A stretch of 64,000 bases of DNA from NCBI GenBank assembly GCA_030390025.1, contig JASTWF010000810.1, forward strand, positions 1-64,000, read 5' to 3'. This stretch comes from Squalus acanthias (taxonomy: Eukaryota). Each line of letters starts with the position of its first letter. Position 1 is the first letter of the stretch. Shown here one piece after another: positions 27,204 through 39,854 of the stretch. The position numbers were made by a program, and so were the translations under genes. The notes below the pieces were generated by a model. It was not told where the DNA came from, did no database searches, and worked only from the letters and a program-made list of their open reading frames with translations.

Positions 27204-28329
27204 TTGCTTCTGTCATCTCTCTGTCACCTACCATCAGAATGTGTACGCTTTACAGTTTATCACATTGATCCTCAGATTCTGCCCACAAAGAGCCCCAACA
27301 CCAGGAGAACCAGGCACCGCAGCAGCCACAACAACAGCAAGAGCACCAACCTTCGCCTCAACCACCTGATGCTGCACAGGGCAGAGGGCATCGGCACAGG
27401 CCTGGACTTCAGCGGATGTGCTACCCCCATGGTTTACAGCCAGAGGATGAGCTTTTTCAACATGACTGAGCAGCAGTGCCAATGGAAGCTTATGCTATCA
27501 CGCCAGGATGTGGCGGGTATTTACAGATTGCTGGAGCAAGAGCAGCAGCCCAGAGTAGCGGGTGGGTATCCCTTACCAGTAGCTGTGAAAGTCACACTTG
27601 CCCTCAAATTCGTCACCTCACGCTCCTTCCAGTCATCTGCAGCAGACATTTGCGGCATCCCCGATGCCCTATTTGATAAGTCAGCAAATTATATAAACTT
27701 TGCAACTGATGAAGCCAGTGCTGCTGAGCGCTCGGTTGGCTTTGCGGCTCTAGCTGGATTCCCATGGCGGCAGGGCGTAATCGACTGCACGCATGTGGCC
27801 ATCAGGGCACCCCTTCATGACCCAGCAGTATTGATTAACCGCAAGGGCTTCCACTCCCTCAATGTGCAACTGGTCTGCATCCATAGGAAGATCATTCTCC
27901 ATGTGTGCGCCAAGTTCCCTGGGAGCTGCCAAGACTCCTACATCCTGCGCCACTACACCGTTCCTCAGCTCTTCATACCTCCAAACAGTCTTTCGGGCTA
28001 GCTGCTTGATGACAAGAGCAATCCATTAAAGACGTGGTGCATGACACCTTTGAGGAAGACAATAAAACGACCTCGAGGAACAGTATAATCAACGCCTGAT
28101 CTCCACCAGAAGTGACATAGAGCAGACGATTGGGTTGCTTAAAATGTGCTTCAGATGCCTGGACAGATCTGGAGGAGCCCTGCAGTCCGCACTAGCCAGT
28201 GTCTCCAGAATCGTTGTGGTCTGCTGTGCCCTGCACAACATAGCGCAGCAGCGAGGCTTAATGCTGCAGGAGGAAGAACGCGCTAAGTGCACAGCCTCTT
28301 TGGAGGAGGAGGAGGTGGTGGAGGAGTAG
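27204..28329 (+). pseudogene. Harbinger (HARBI1-like) DDE transposase, disrupted
   Basis: [61 protein letters not shown] motifs; in-frame TAG at 27999-28001 and a frameshift. Confidence 0.9.
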
Positions 28330-28747
28330 GAGGAGGAAGAGGAGGTTGAGGGCGACGATAAGGAAGACATTAATCAGCCAGCGCTGCCAATGCTACCAGT
28401 ACAGGAACACATTGCTGCCCGTGAGGCCAGGAATCACGTCATCATGTCCAGACTTAGCTAAGTTCACGCTACACAGACATGTGGCTGCCACATGCTTTAG
28501 CATATTGGCATCAGCCCACATTAATACCATTAACCATCCCTACAATAACCAGTCCTACCGTTCAATCTCCCCGCCATTGATGGAGTTTCAAGCATCCCTA
28601 ACCATCCACTCTGCCATTTCCAAGTGTCAACACATATTTGTGAAGGAACAGTATTTGAATGAATTAAAGATTTATTCCGCAAAATAAAATTAACAGAAAC
28701 TAGTCATTAACATTGAAATAAACACCCAAGTGACTACACTTTTAAGT

Positions 28748-30646
28748 CTATTGGCGTGTCAACTTTCTTTTCCGAGTGTTTCTACGTGGTGCAACCTCCC
28801 CTGCAGCTTCAGCAGAGGTAGAGGCAGCCTGCTCACTTCCCTGCTGCATCTTCTTAGATGTCTTTGACGGTCGTCCTCTGGGTTTTGGACCCTGTTTGGG
28901 ACCCTCCAAAGTCAGCTCCTCCTGCGACTGTGCAGTGGCAGACTCGGCCATCGCTGTCAGTGGAGGCATCTGGGGCTCTGACTGAGGGGTAGGCAATAGG
29001 GTTGAAGTGTTAGCGCTTGGAGAGGGTCCCCTACTTCCATGTACCCACCCACCATCATCCCTCTCATGGGCCATCGGCACTTCTCTGCTAGCAAGTAGCT
29101 GGAGAGCACCTTCCTGCATATCAGTGGAGCCATGAGGACCTCCTAGCAAGCACCCCTATGTGCCTTTGTTTTCTCTCCTCGATAGTTGCCCATCTATTCA
29201 CCATAGATGACCATCTATTTTGAAGTGAGACCATGTGCTCATGCGACTGGCGCATTAGATCATCCAGGCAGATGGTCATCATATCCATGGAGGAACCAGC
29301 AGTCGTGAGTGCATGCGCCACGGTGTTGCTCATGCTTGAGATGGGCTCCTCCATTCTCTGCTCACATGCAGTCACCCCCGTTGCAAACCCAGTCAGAGCC
29401 TCCTGCACTTGTTGCTCCAGCTTCAAGAACGCCCTCTTCCTTGATGGCCTCCGAGCCTCAGCGTCTGCAAGCAGCTGAGCAGAGCTAGGAGACTCCTGCT
29501 CCCTCCGACGAGGTAACTCCAATGCTGGCCCTGTCTCCACCATCTGCTCTTGCTCGTGTGTGATGTATGAGAAACCAGGTGACAACACTATTCTATCTCG
29601 CGATGGACCCACTGAGGCGATTGTATCTGTGGTGGTGCTGACTTGCCTTGTCTCAGGTGATGCTGCACCCTCAGTGGCTGGAGCCTCCTCTGAGTTGTGA
29701 TCCTCCAGTTCCTCATGGACATTGGAGAGGGGCGCTCTTGATGGACCTTTGGGAGGGTAAATACATCAGTTAAATATATGATATGTACATGGAATACAGA
29801 TACCATGATGTGCATTATGAGCCATAAATTCCAGTTGACAGTAACCACCATATGAGTGACTGATGAATGACATGTAGGTGTATTGGAAATGATTCTGGCA
29901 TCAGGTTGGTCAGATGAGCCCCTCTCTCCTTCCCAGACTTGCGGCTGGTCCACCGCTCCAGTGATCTCCAGGGCAGCCTCCTCTGCAAGAGTCAGAATGG
30001 CCAATGATTGAGGGCCACCTCCAGTCCTCTCCCTCTCCCTTTTGTTGCGGGCTCTCTTCCCCTGCAGGGAGGGAAAGAAGAGAACGTTGAGTGAGACTAA
30101 TTGAATTAGTTTAAGGAATGTCTGTGGTAGATCTTTACAGGGAGACTATAATGGAGTGGGGGTGACTGTAACAAGTCACATCCATTACTGTTGCCAGTTG
30201 GTGTCATTACATTAGAATGAGGGTGAGTGTGAGGGGTGCATAGTAAGATAGGGATCCAATAATGTAGATAGATAGAGAGGGATGGGTGAAGGTCCAAGGG
30301 ATGTTGCATTGAGTTACGATACGCATGAGTAGGGTTGAGAATGCTGAGTAATGGGGAAATGATATTAGGCACAGCAGCATGAAGGTTATTGTGGCTTTAT
30401 ACTCACTTTGTTAGATCGTAGAAGATCATGAAAACGCTTGCAGCACTGAACCCAGGTCCTCATGACCACACACCTGCCAGTTACATCCTTAGCTATTTGA
30501 AGCCTGGCTGCCATGGTCTCCTGGGGAGGTCTCTTCCGACCACTGGCAGGGAAGACAACCTTCCTGCGTGCTCGTATTCCCTCCACAAGAACATGAAGGG
30601 AGTCATCACTGAAGTGAGGAGCAGCCCTCTGCCTTTCTGAGGCCAT
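28748..30646 (-). pseudogene. Harbinger accessory Myb/SANT-like (trihelix) DNA-binding protein, spliced, disrupted
   Basis: Exon 1 30646-30407 (RAAPHFSDDSLHVLV..RTWVQCCKRFHDL, donor GTGAGT, phase 0); exon 2 starts 30061 after ctgcAG (GKRARNKRERERTGGGP..LTLAEEAALEI); downstream coiled-coil and basic C-terminal pieces in shifted frames. Confidence 0.85.
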
Positions 30647-31431
30647 TCTTGGAGCAGAACAAGGTGCATCTTCTAATGGAGCAAATTAAATGAAGTGGGG
30701 CCATGAGCCCTTCAAATAGATCGGCAAAAGAAGCGTCAGCGCTGATGTCACCTGAGCTGAACCTTGTAATCGGTTCGGTGAACGCGAAGGGCGGACTTAG
30801 CAAGGGCCATTAACGGAAAATCATTTTCTAGGAGGGATGTAGATGGCAGCAGTTCGTAGCCCGAAAACGACTTCTCCCGCCCCGGTCCGCCTCAATCGGC
30901 CAGATCGCGGCCTTTGTGTCTGTTTTCACGGAAGAAGACGCAAAAAACTTCCCGGAAATAGTGGAGAACCAAGGGTCTAGCAAGAATGAGGTACTGAAAG
31001 AAATTAGTTTTAGTAAAGAAATAGTACTGGAGAAATTAATGGGACTGAATGCAGATAAAACCCCTGGACCTAGGTTTTGCAAGAGGTGGCTATACATATA
31101 GTGGATACATTGGTTTTCATTTTCCAGAATTCCATATTTTAAGAGCGGTTCCCACAGAGTAAAAGACACGAGGGAGAGAGAAAAAATGGAACTGCAGACC
31201 AGTTAGCCTGACATCAGCAGCAGGGAAAATGTTAGAATCTATTATTAAGGATGTTGTGACAGGGCACTTAGAAAATAATAGTATGATTGGCCAGAGCCAA
31301 CGCCGATTTCTGAAAGGGAAATCGTGTTTGACGAATCTGTTAGAGTTTTTTGAGATTGTACCTAGCTGAATAGATAAGGGGGAACAGGTGGATGTGGTGT
31401 ATGTTGATTTTCAGATGGCATTCGATAAGGT

Positions 31432-31524
31432 TGAGAGGTCGCACAACACCAGGTTATAGTCCAACAGTTTTATTTGAAATCACAAGCTTTCGGAGCTATC
31501 GATTGCTCCTTCCTCAGGTGAAGT
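31432..31524 (-). mobile_element. 93-bp Penelope-like terminal fragment
   Basis: Flanked by a TAAGGT duplication (31426-31431, 31525-31530) inside the CR1 AFDKVPHKR codons; contains a hammerhead motif followed by AATAAA. Confidence 0.75.
31480..31521 (-). ncRNA. Minimal type I hammerhead ribozyme motif (Penelope-associated type)
   Basis: Minus strand TCAC-CTGAGGA-A-GGAGC-aatcgata-GCTCC-GAAA-GCTT-GTGA: stem I TCAC/GTGA, core CUGANGA..GAAA, 5-bp stem II, palindromic AAGCTT in place of stem III. Confidence 0.7.
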
Positions 31525-33243
31525 TAAGGTGCCACACAAGAGGTTATTAAACAAAATTAGGGCTCATGCGATTGGGGGTAATATACTGGCATCGATTAAG
31601 GATTGGTTAACCGACAGAAAACAGAGAGCAGGAATAAATGGATCATTTTCGGGTTGGCAGGCTGTAACTAGTGTGGTAACTCAAGGATCAGTGCTTGGGC
31701 CTCAGCTATTCACAATCTGTATCAATGATTTGGATGAGGAGATCAAATGTAATCTATTATTGTTTGCTGATGATACAAAGCTGGGTGGGAATGTAAGTTG
31801 TGAGGAGGATGGGATGAGGCTTCAAGGGGATATAGACAGGCTGAGTGAGTGGGGAACAAATGGAATATAATCTGGAGAAATGTAAAGTTATCCACTTTGG
31901 TAGGAAAAATAGAAAAGCAGAGTATTTTTTCAATGGTGAGAGATTGGAAAATGTTGATGTGCAGAGGTACCTGCGCGTCCTTGTACACAAATCACTGAAA
32001 GTTAACATGCAGGTACAGCAAGCAATTAGGAAAGCAAATGCTATGTTGGCATTTGTTACAAGAGGATTTGTGTATAAGAGTAAAGACGACTTACTGCAAT
32101 TATGTAGGGCCCTGGTGTGACCACACCTGGAGTATTGTGCACAGGTTTGGTCACCTTACCTAAGGAAGGATATACTTGGCATAGATGGAGTGCAGCAAAG
32201 TGACTGATTCTTGGGATGGGGGATTGTCATATGAAGCGAGATTGAGTAGACAAGTCTTATATTCTCCAGCGTTTAGAAGAATGAGATGTCATCGCATTAA
32301 AATATATACAATTCCTACAGGGATTGACAGGGTAGATGCATGGAGGATGTTTCCCCTGTCTGGGGAGTCTAGAACCAGGGGGTCACGGTCTCAGAATAAT
32401 GGAATAGCCATTTAGGACTGAGATGAGGAGAAATCTCTTCACCCAGCGAGTGGTGAATCTTTGGAATTCTCTACCCCAGAGGGCTGTGGAAGCTCAGTCG
32501 TTGAGTATATTCAAGACAGAGATCGATTCAATTTTGGATATTAAGGGAATCAAGGGCTATGGGGTAGTGCAGGAAAGTGGAGATGAGGTACAAGATCAGC
32601 CATGATCTTATTAAATGGCGGATCAGGCTCGAGGTGTCAAATGGCCTACCCCTGCTCCTTTTTCTTATGTTCTTTTGTAATGTTCTTATGTAATTCAAGT
32701 AAATTCTATGACTTTATCATTCTGAGAAAGCTGCAGAAAACATGATCACTGATGACGCATCATGCGATCTACTTAAGTACCCTACATGTACACACACATG
32801 CTATATTGCGCTTGCAAACATAACTTTGCAGGAGGAGAATAAAACAATCAAATTCATGGGCCAGTTGCAAAGGTTATACCCTCATTTTGCACAATCTTCA
32901 ATGGAGCTATTGCCTAATAAAATTACCCAACACAAATTTCAAATTGATAACAGCTTCCACTGGCAATGTGATTAGACCGTTCCACATATTCCCCAACCTC
33001 TGTCTGAAGCAGTTATATCGTAGCTGGACCACAAAATGAAGCCAGGCTGAGCAGTTGGCAACCTAATTGTTTTCTTCGTACTAGATCGATTTGAGAAGCC
33101 CCCACAGAGGACTTTCTTTCTTAGCTGCTGGCTCCGAAGTGTACTTCGCACAAGGATATTACGATCCATGTGTCGAGAAGTTCGAGTTTCCCGCGGTGCA
33201 ATTCAAATCAATGAACTGTAGTGGGGTTCCCCTTGTGCGAACT

Positions 33244-34440
33244 CTTCTTCTTGGGCAGTCTCTCGGAACCAAAGTTGACCTGCTTCCACACTAAAAATGA
33301 GTTCTTAGGTGACTGTTGAGTCCAATGCGGGACTTACAGTCTCTGTCACAGGTGGGGCAGATGGTGGTTGAAGGGGGTGGTGGGTGGGGTGCTTGGGTTG
33401 ATGTGCGGCCCTTCTGCTGATTGCACTTGGCTTCCAATTGCTTCCGGCGAAGAGACTCAAGGTGTTCGTTGCCTTCCCGGCTGCTTCGCCTGCACTTTGT
33501 GCGGTGTTGGGCCTGGGATTCCCAGGTGGCGGTGGGGATGTTGCACTTATTCAAGGAGGCTTTGAGGCTGTCCTTTAAGCATTTCCTCCGCACACCTGGG
33601 GCTCTCTTGCCGTGTCGGAGCTCCGAGTACTGCGTTTGTTTTGGGATTCTCATATCGGGCATGCAGACGATGTGGCCTGTCCATCGGAGCTGATCGAACG
33701 TGGTCAAAGCTTCGATGCTGGAGATGTTGGCCTGAGCGAGAACACTGACGTTGGTGTGCCTGTCCTGCCAATGGATTTGCAGGATCTTGCGGAGGCAGCG
33801 TTGGTGGTACCTCTCCAGTGCTTTGAGGTGCCTGCTGTACATGGTCCATGTCTCTGAAGCATACAGGAGGGCGGGTATCACTACTGCTCTGTAGCCCATG
33901 AGCTTGGTGCTGGGTGTGAGGTCCTGGTCTTCAAACACTCTCTTCCTCAGGTGATCAAAGGCTTCACTGGCCCACTGAAGGTGCTGTTGGACTTCGTCAG
34001 CGACGTGTGCCCTTGTTGACAGTAGGCTCCTGAGGTATGGAAAGTGGCCCACATTGTTCAAGGCCTCGTCATGGATTTTGATAATCGGGGAGTGGTACTG
34101 TGTGGCGGGGGCAGGTTGGTAGAGGAACTTTGACTTATGGATGTTTAGTGTAAGGCCCATGCTTTCGTATGCTTTGGTGAAGGTGTTGATGATGGTTTGG
34201 AGTTCGAACTCAGAGTGTGCGCAGATGCAAGCATCGTCTGCATACTGTAATTCGATGACAGAGGACGGGAGGACCTTGGATCTGGACTGGAGGCGACGGA
34301 GGTTGAACAGTTTCCCATGTGTTCTGTAGATTAGCTCCACTACAGCGGGGAGCTTACTGAGGGTGAGATGGAGCATTGCTGCCAGGAAGATCGAGAAGAG
34401 CGTTGGTGCGATGACACAGCCTTGCTTGACCCCGGTCCGT
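33244..34440 (-). mobile_element. RTE-clade LINE, 5'-truncated
   Basis: 361-aa ORF (33291-34376) with LQYADDA, FPYLRS, LLYASETW, LRWTGH and C-terminal C2H2 finger CPTCDRDCKSRIGLNSHLRTH; GVKQGCVIAPTLF just upstream; (GAA)n tail. Confidence 0.92.
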
Positions 34441-34797
34441 AACGGGTGATCTCACCACCTACAAGATTTAGATGAAATGTACAAATATGAGGCAGTACAC
34501 GGCACATTTGAACAATATCGTGACCTAAAACATCAGAAACATTTCAATTAATTGTTGCTATTTTAGTGCATTTACATTTAAGGTATAGTTTAATGAAACA
34601 AATTAAAAAGTGCTGAGCTATGTTTAATGTTTGCTTGAAGAACATTTGTTTCTACATTATCTTGCCGTAACCTGCTTTCTTGTTGATGTCAAACTGTGAT
34701 GTAAGCGTGTAATTGTAATTTGGACGATAGTGTATCGAAAGCCCGTTCTTACCACACTCCCGATTTTTATTTCCATTGACTTCAGTGTGATAATAAT

Positions 34798-35539
34798 GGC
34801 CCAAAAATGAGTGCCTCTACGCGAGAGTACGCACTGTGTACTCTCGCGTATTCTGTCTCCAATTGCCGGTTTTCTGCATGCACTGTGCATGCGCTGAAAA
34901 CCGGCACTTGGTGATTTCAAAAGGGGGCGGTTCCTAAGTGAACCGCGTGCGCGCTACAGGCTGCGCGCACGCAGTGCACTTAGTGCTTTGAACGCGCAGG
35001 TAAGCATGGAAGAATTTGCACATAAAGAAAGGAGGCGTAAGACCCTCTTTTAACAAGGTAAGTAGTTAATTAAGTATTATTTTGAATTTTTTTCAACAGG
35101 TATATCTTTTTTAGAGACTTTAAAGAAAGGTAAGTTTATTTTTATAACTTTTTAAAAGATTTTAAATTTTTTCAAAAATTTAATTTTTTGTTTAAAGTGG
35201 TTAATTTATTTAACTATACTTATTTTATTAATGTGATGGATTTTTTAAAATTTAATTGAGGTTTAGCTGTTCTTTTGGGGTCGTATAGATTCATAGCTTT
35301 CACAGCACTTGTTGTGAAAACTATGAATGAAAGATGGTGTGCTACCATTGGCTCTAACTGAATCACGTGATCCCACAGCTCGCACGAATTAACTGCGCCT
35401 GTGGGATACGCAAGCACTGCCCAGCTGCTGTCCAGAAAATCAAGTTCGTGCGAGCTGGGAATGAAAAAGCCGGCGCGCAGTGAGATATCGCGGGGAAGCC
35501 TTACCCCCGCACGAAGGCTCCCTCACTAATTTTTGGGCC
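34798..35539. mobile_element. Harbinger-type MITE, 742 bp
   Basis: 16-bp TIRs GGCCCAAAAAT(G/T)AGTG with one mismatch; 3-bp TSD AAT (34795-34797, 35540-35542). Confidence 0.8.
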
Positions 35540-38500
35540 AATTAGTTTGTGACTATGTTGAAATGTATAATAGCTCTCGCTAAAATGACAGTTTTCTGCT
35601 TATTGTGTGCACAGGTTACGGCGGTTCTGCTCCGGCGCGTTGCGACTTGGAATGACAGAACGTGAGTTAGTGCCAGATATTGCCCCAAGGGTCAGTTCTA
35701 TATCTGGGATAGAGGATGCGGAACAGCAGTTGCAGAGGCTTGGAGCCGGACACCGGGTAGAATTCAACGGATAATGGTATTTGAGTAAAAGTAAACAAAT
35801 GATAGGTTGGGGGGAGGCTCACAGCGAACATTACTTTTTGGAGGATAAGCTTGTCTGTGTTGGGTTAGGTGACAATACACATGAACCTTGGATGATGTAG
35901 AATGTTGGAGGGTCAAGGGCTATAGAAAAAAGGCCGATACAGAGAGTTAAGGTATAGATTAGCCATGATTTAATTGAATAGTGGAATATGCTCAAGGGAC
36001 TGAATTGTCTCCTCTTGTACATATGTTTCTGAGAACATTTACGGGATGGAATTTGTCCCGGCGTTACCGACAGCCCACTGGCTAACCACGTATCAAATTT
36101 GCTCATACGGGTAGTCACTCTGAACAACGGAGACTCTCTTATTCAATGTCTTCTTAACGAAGAGTCTTGGAAGGAGTTAAATTGGGAATTGATCTTTCAA
36201 CATAGAAAAAGTTATTATCAGTCCTACACTGGGCAGCTTGAACTGCAGTGACAAAAAGAGCACTTTGTTTACACGATGTTTGTCGGTGTACTTCCGTCGG
36301 TTTGGGCTGAGCATTTCCTGAGCGGAGCGCAGCAAGCAAAATCTAACGGTGACATTTATACACCAGAACAGAATTCTACGGATTTTCCTCCCATTGAAAT
36401 TAACGGGTGGAACATCCGACGGGTTCCCTTAAGGGCGTGTGAACTTCCCCGACAGATTTCCTTCCTGCCCTCAGCCCACTGACTAAATACGCAGATGTAA
36501 CCCCGATGTCTCACGGGGGACGAATTGCTTTCAGCAGGACTTACTGCCCTCACCTTCATGAGGACAAAAGTTAATGAGGAACTTTACATTAGGAGACAGG
36601 AAAACTGGGGCACGGTAGGTTGGTGGGTCGACTCAAGCTCACTTTTGTCCTTCACGTTCATATGTATATATATATATATATATGATCCATTATTGAGTAT
36701 TTACAACTTCATTACTCTCAGCTACCTTGGTGCTTATTCCCTGGTCGGCAGATAGGATTGACTAATGAGCGGCAGCCCACAGAAATCTTGATGCCCTAGA
36801 ATTTGTTGAATATTAAATCACTCCTATCTACCTTATCTTGCCTGTATGTTTAGTGCAATGCATATTAAATAACCCTGGCAGTCTGGTAGTCTCACTCAAA
36901 ATACTGCGCATTGGTTAGTATTTTGGATACATGAACGAAATGTCCCCAGAACCTAGACAAATCAATAGTCCCCGTGGGGCACGGGGGTGGGTGTGGGGGG
37001 TGCGGTCCGGGGTCGGTATCTCACCGCCCGGATCACTTTATTGAGATCTTTGATATTTACAGGTTTTGAAAAACACACACTTCTCAACGAGATGAGTTGC
37101 AGTGTTGTCAGCAGATACCGACGTTCTCAAATGAAAGATAAGTCCAGAGAGCAGGGCAGCGCCAAGTTTGAAAAGAAGGGGAGATGAATCGGAAAAAAAT
37201 AACCAACTGACGCCAAGCTTGGGTTTTTAATCTGAAGTTTCTGAAATATTTTATTGTGCAGCTGATTTTGCACGAGCTGAAGGAACTAAACTATAGCAAC
37301 ACATCCTGTCTCACAATCAGGATATTACAATATTTATGATCAACATTATTACACGATTTAAACAACTGGTTCTAAAAGATTTATGAGTAAGCCTTTTTGT
37401 TAAGCAACCTCCTTTCTCCTCTGGTTCACAACAACAATTTTCGAGGAAGCACGAGACATTTGAACAGGCATTCCTGTCATATGGAGAGCGTACAGAATGG
37501 ATCCACCGAGATGCCAAGGATTAGAAATTACAGTTATGAGGAGAAACTTGAGATACTTGTTGGGCAAATGTATTAAGGGTTACGTAACCAAGGCGGGTTG
37601 ATGAAGTTAAGATCCAGGTCAGCCATGTTGTAACTGAATGGTGGAACAGGCTTGAGGGGCGGAATGGCCTAATCCTGTTTCTATTTTCCTATACTTCCAA
37701 TATTACGATACACAGTAAAGGTGGTCGGTCTTTAACTCTTATCAGCAATTGGATATTCGGTTTCTGCATCTTTCGAGAACACTCTGACAAACCTTTCACT
37801 CAAATTAAGAAACTTAAAATGCAGAAATGTACAAAATGATTACAGACAGTAATGTAAAATTTGTTGCTCAGTGAATGAGAACAGAGTTAACCTGATACCA
37901 AAAGGTAACAAAAAACATAAAGCAACTTGTGAAAAGAGTTCAAATCTTCGTACATTTCAACAGAAGACAAACCCAGACACATTAATCAATGTAAGCTTGT
38001 GTCACACAATTTCTTACAGCTTTCAAATAAACTTAAAATCTTTTACCAAATAAAAACAAACTGTTACTTTTACAACTATAAGCATTCTGTGAAACAATTC
38101 TGTAGTACAATTCAACTACAGGATGTCTTCATTATCATTCACAGAGCCATAGCATGGCCGCCTTTTTAGCGCCTCTGGTCACACATTCCAATATCATTCA
38201 GAGGAATTAAAATCACATCAAGCATTGAGTACTGAAATTGGTCAGAAATTTGAAAAAAAATTGTTGATGTGATTGTCTCATGTCCAGAACTAGAGGTTTT
38301 CACACAATTTACAATAACAACAATTTCACAATGGCCATAATAAAAGTCTGTTTTTCACAATTTAATAGTTAAGTTAACCACAATAACTCAAATGTAATTA
38401 AGACCAATATCTTAAACGCAACACACTTTCCAGCTTGCAAAAGAGGGAGGAGCCACAGACACAGTAACACCGTAACATTCACACATGGTTGGTAAAAAGA

Positions 38501-39854
38501 CAGTAAAATCCACACTTAAAACAAAAAAAATAACTGCAGAACAGCAGAAAAACGACACGCGCTTCCCGGTTCTTCTTTATTCCATCAAAAACTATTTATC
38601 CTTTTTTCCTTCAATCAATTTTTAATTTCTGATGTTTTATACTGAATCCAATTCTGTACTGATTCAAAATTTCAAGCTCACATTCCTTGTCCTCGACCAA
38701 GCCTGTTACATCCTGCACAGCTCTTAAAACTTTCCTTTGGTACATGGGAGGGTTGCTATTACATAGATTAAAGGATGAAGGTGTAGGGTTTGATGAATCC
38801 ACATATGGCATTTTAACAATATCTCTGCGTTACTGATTTTTTGTTATTACTTACTTTGTAAAGATGTTAATATTATTTTTGTTAAGGCAACCGTAACTGC
38901 AAGGCATGATTAGAGGGCTGGGCCAAATATGCCAAGAGGTAGTTGCGCTAGTTTGATTTAAGTGTTGATAATATAGCATGCTGTAAACACCTGCGTTTGT
39001 AAATAATTTTCTGCTGAAGTGTGGTTCCGTGGAATCGGCATGCTTGATGCTGAGAGACATATTTTTCAAAGTTAACATTTGTGCAAGAACAATGGTAGAG
39101 GTAATAAGATACATCTGTACATGTTTACGAGAGTAAAAGGTCAGAGTATGCGATTGTGAAACTGCAGAGTTGCCAGAATCGAGTAGAACTGAAGAAAGTT
39201 GTGAACTTTGAGTCTCTTGCAAAAGCAGACAGCAGGAATCACCTGTACGGGGTGTACGTGCTGGGATATCAGGAGGCCACGGACGAACAAAATGGGAGCA
39301 TAATCCAATCATTTCGGCTGAAATGATTCATGACCTAATATGGTGAGGCACTAGCACTCCAAGGGGGATAAAAGAGAGAGATTACAGAACATCGGGGGCA
39401 AGCTTAGAGGAAGGAGATCGACTACGGTCAACAGAACACAGTAAGAAGCTTACAGAAGATCGTGCCCCAGAGAGCTTGGAAGCACAAACCGTCGGAGCCA
39501 AGACTCGCTGTATACCTATTGCCTTTGTTAAGTAATAATCTTTCATATCTTTGTGATACTCAATACATTCTTTGGCTTAATTAAAGAGCGTAAGTCGGTA
39601 TCTTGTAAGTCAAAATTGGTCAAGAGTCCGAGGTGAGGCGGGTTGGGTGTCCTCTGTCTCATAAACGTTATCATTTTGAGGGTTCTGCCTTACTGATAAC
39701 TTACAAAGGGAACGCTAAATATTCAGTCGAGAGTCCAATCTATATATCAAGGAACATTTTTGAAGCAATTTTTAAAATTATGTTTTAAAATTCTACGCAA
39801 TTGCGTTGGTTCATGGCATATTTTGCGATTGCCGATATTTCAAACATTTTTCTA

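Larger units (their letters stand above)
26712..30912. mobile_element. PIF/Harbinger DNA transposon, 4201 bp, two-gene, decayed
   Basis: 16-bp TIRs GGCCGCGATCT(T/G)GCCG with one mismatch; 3-bp TSD TTT (26709-26711, 30913-30915); convergent transposase and Myb/SANT genes. Confidence 0.95.
26512..32690 (+). mobile_element. 5'-truncated CR1 LINE interrupted by a Harbinger transposon and a 93-bp Penelope-derived insert
   Basis: ORF2 pieces KKGKIEYESKLA..NK|(insert)|SVFTEED, PHKRLL..FADDTKLGG (31529-31870), RRNLFTQRVVNLWNSLP; ttcttatg tail near 32660-32690. Confidence 0.92.

Noticed and set aside
27204-30646. Domesticated HARBI1/NAIF1 host genes
   Set aside because: Bounded by TIRs and a TSD inside a LINE, and disrupted by stops and frameshifts.
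35615-35665. Plus-strand micro-exon (cacAG..GAAC|GTGAGT)
   Set aside because: An isolated splice-like pair with no partner exons or recognisable product.
38611-39312. ORFs as further exons of the receptor
   Set aside because: No recognisable motif and no convincing splice sites.
38857-39705. Solo LTR (TG start, GATAAAA, CA end)
   Set aside because: Composition is suggestive, but I could not find matching termini with a TSD.
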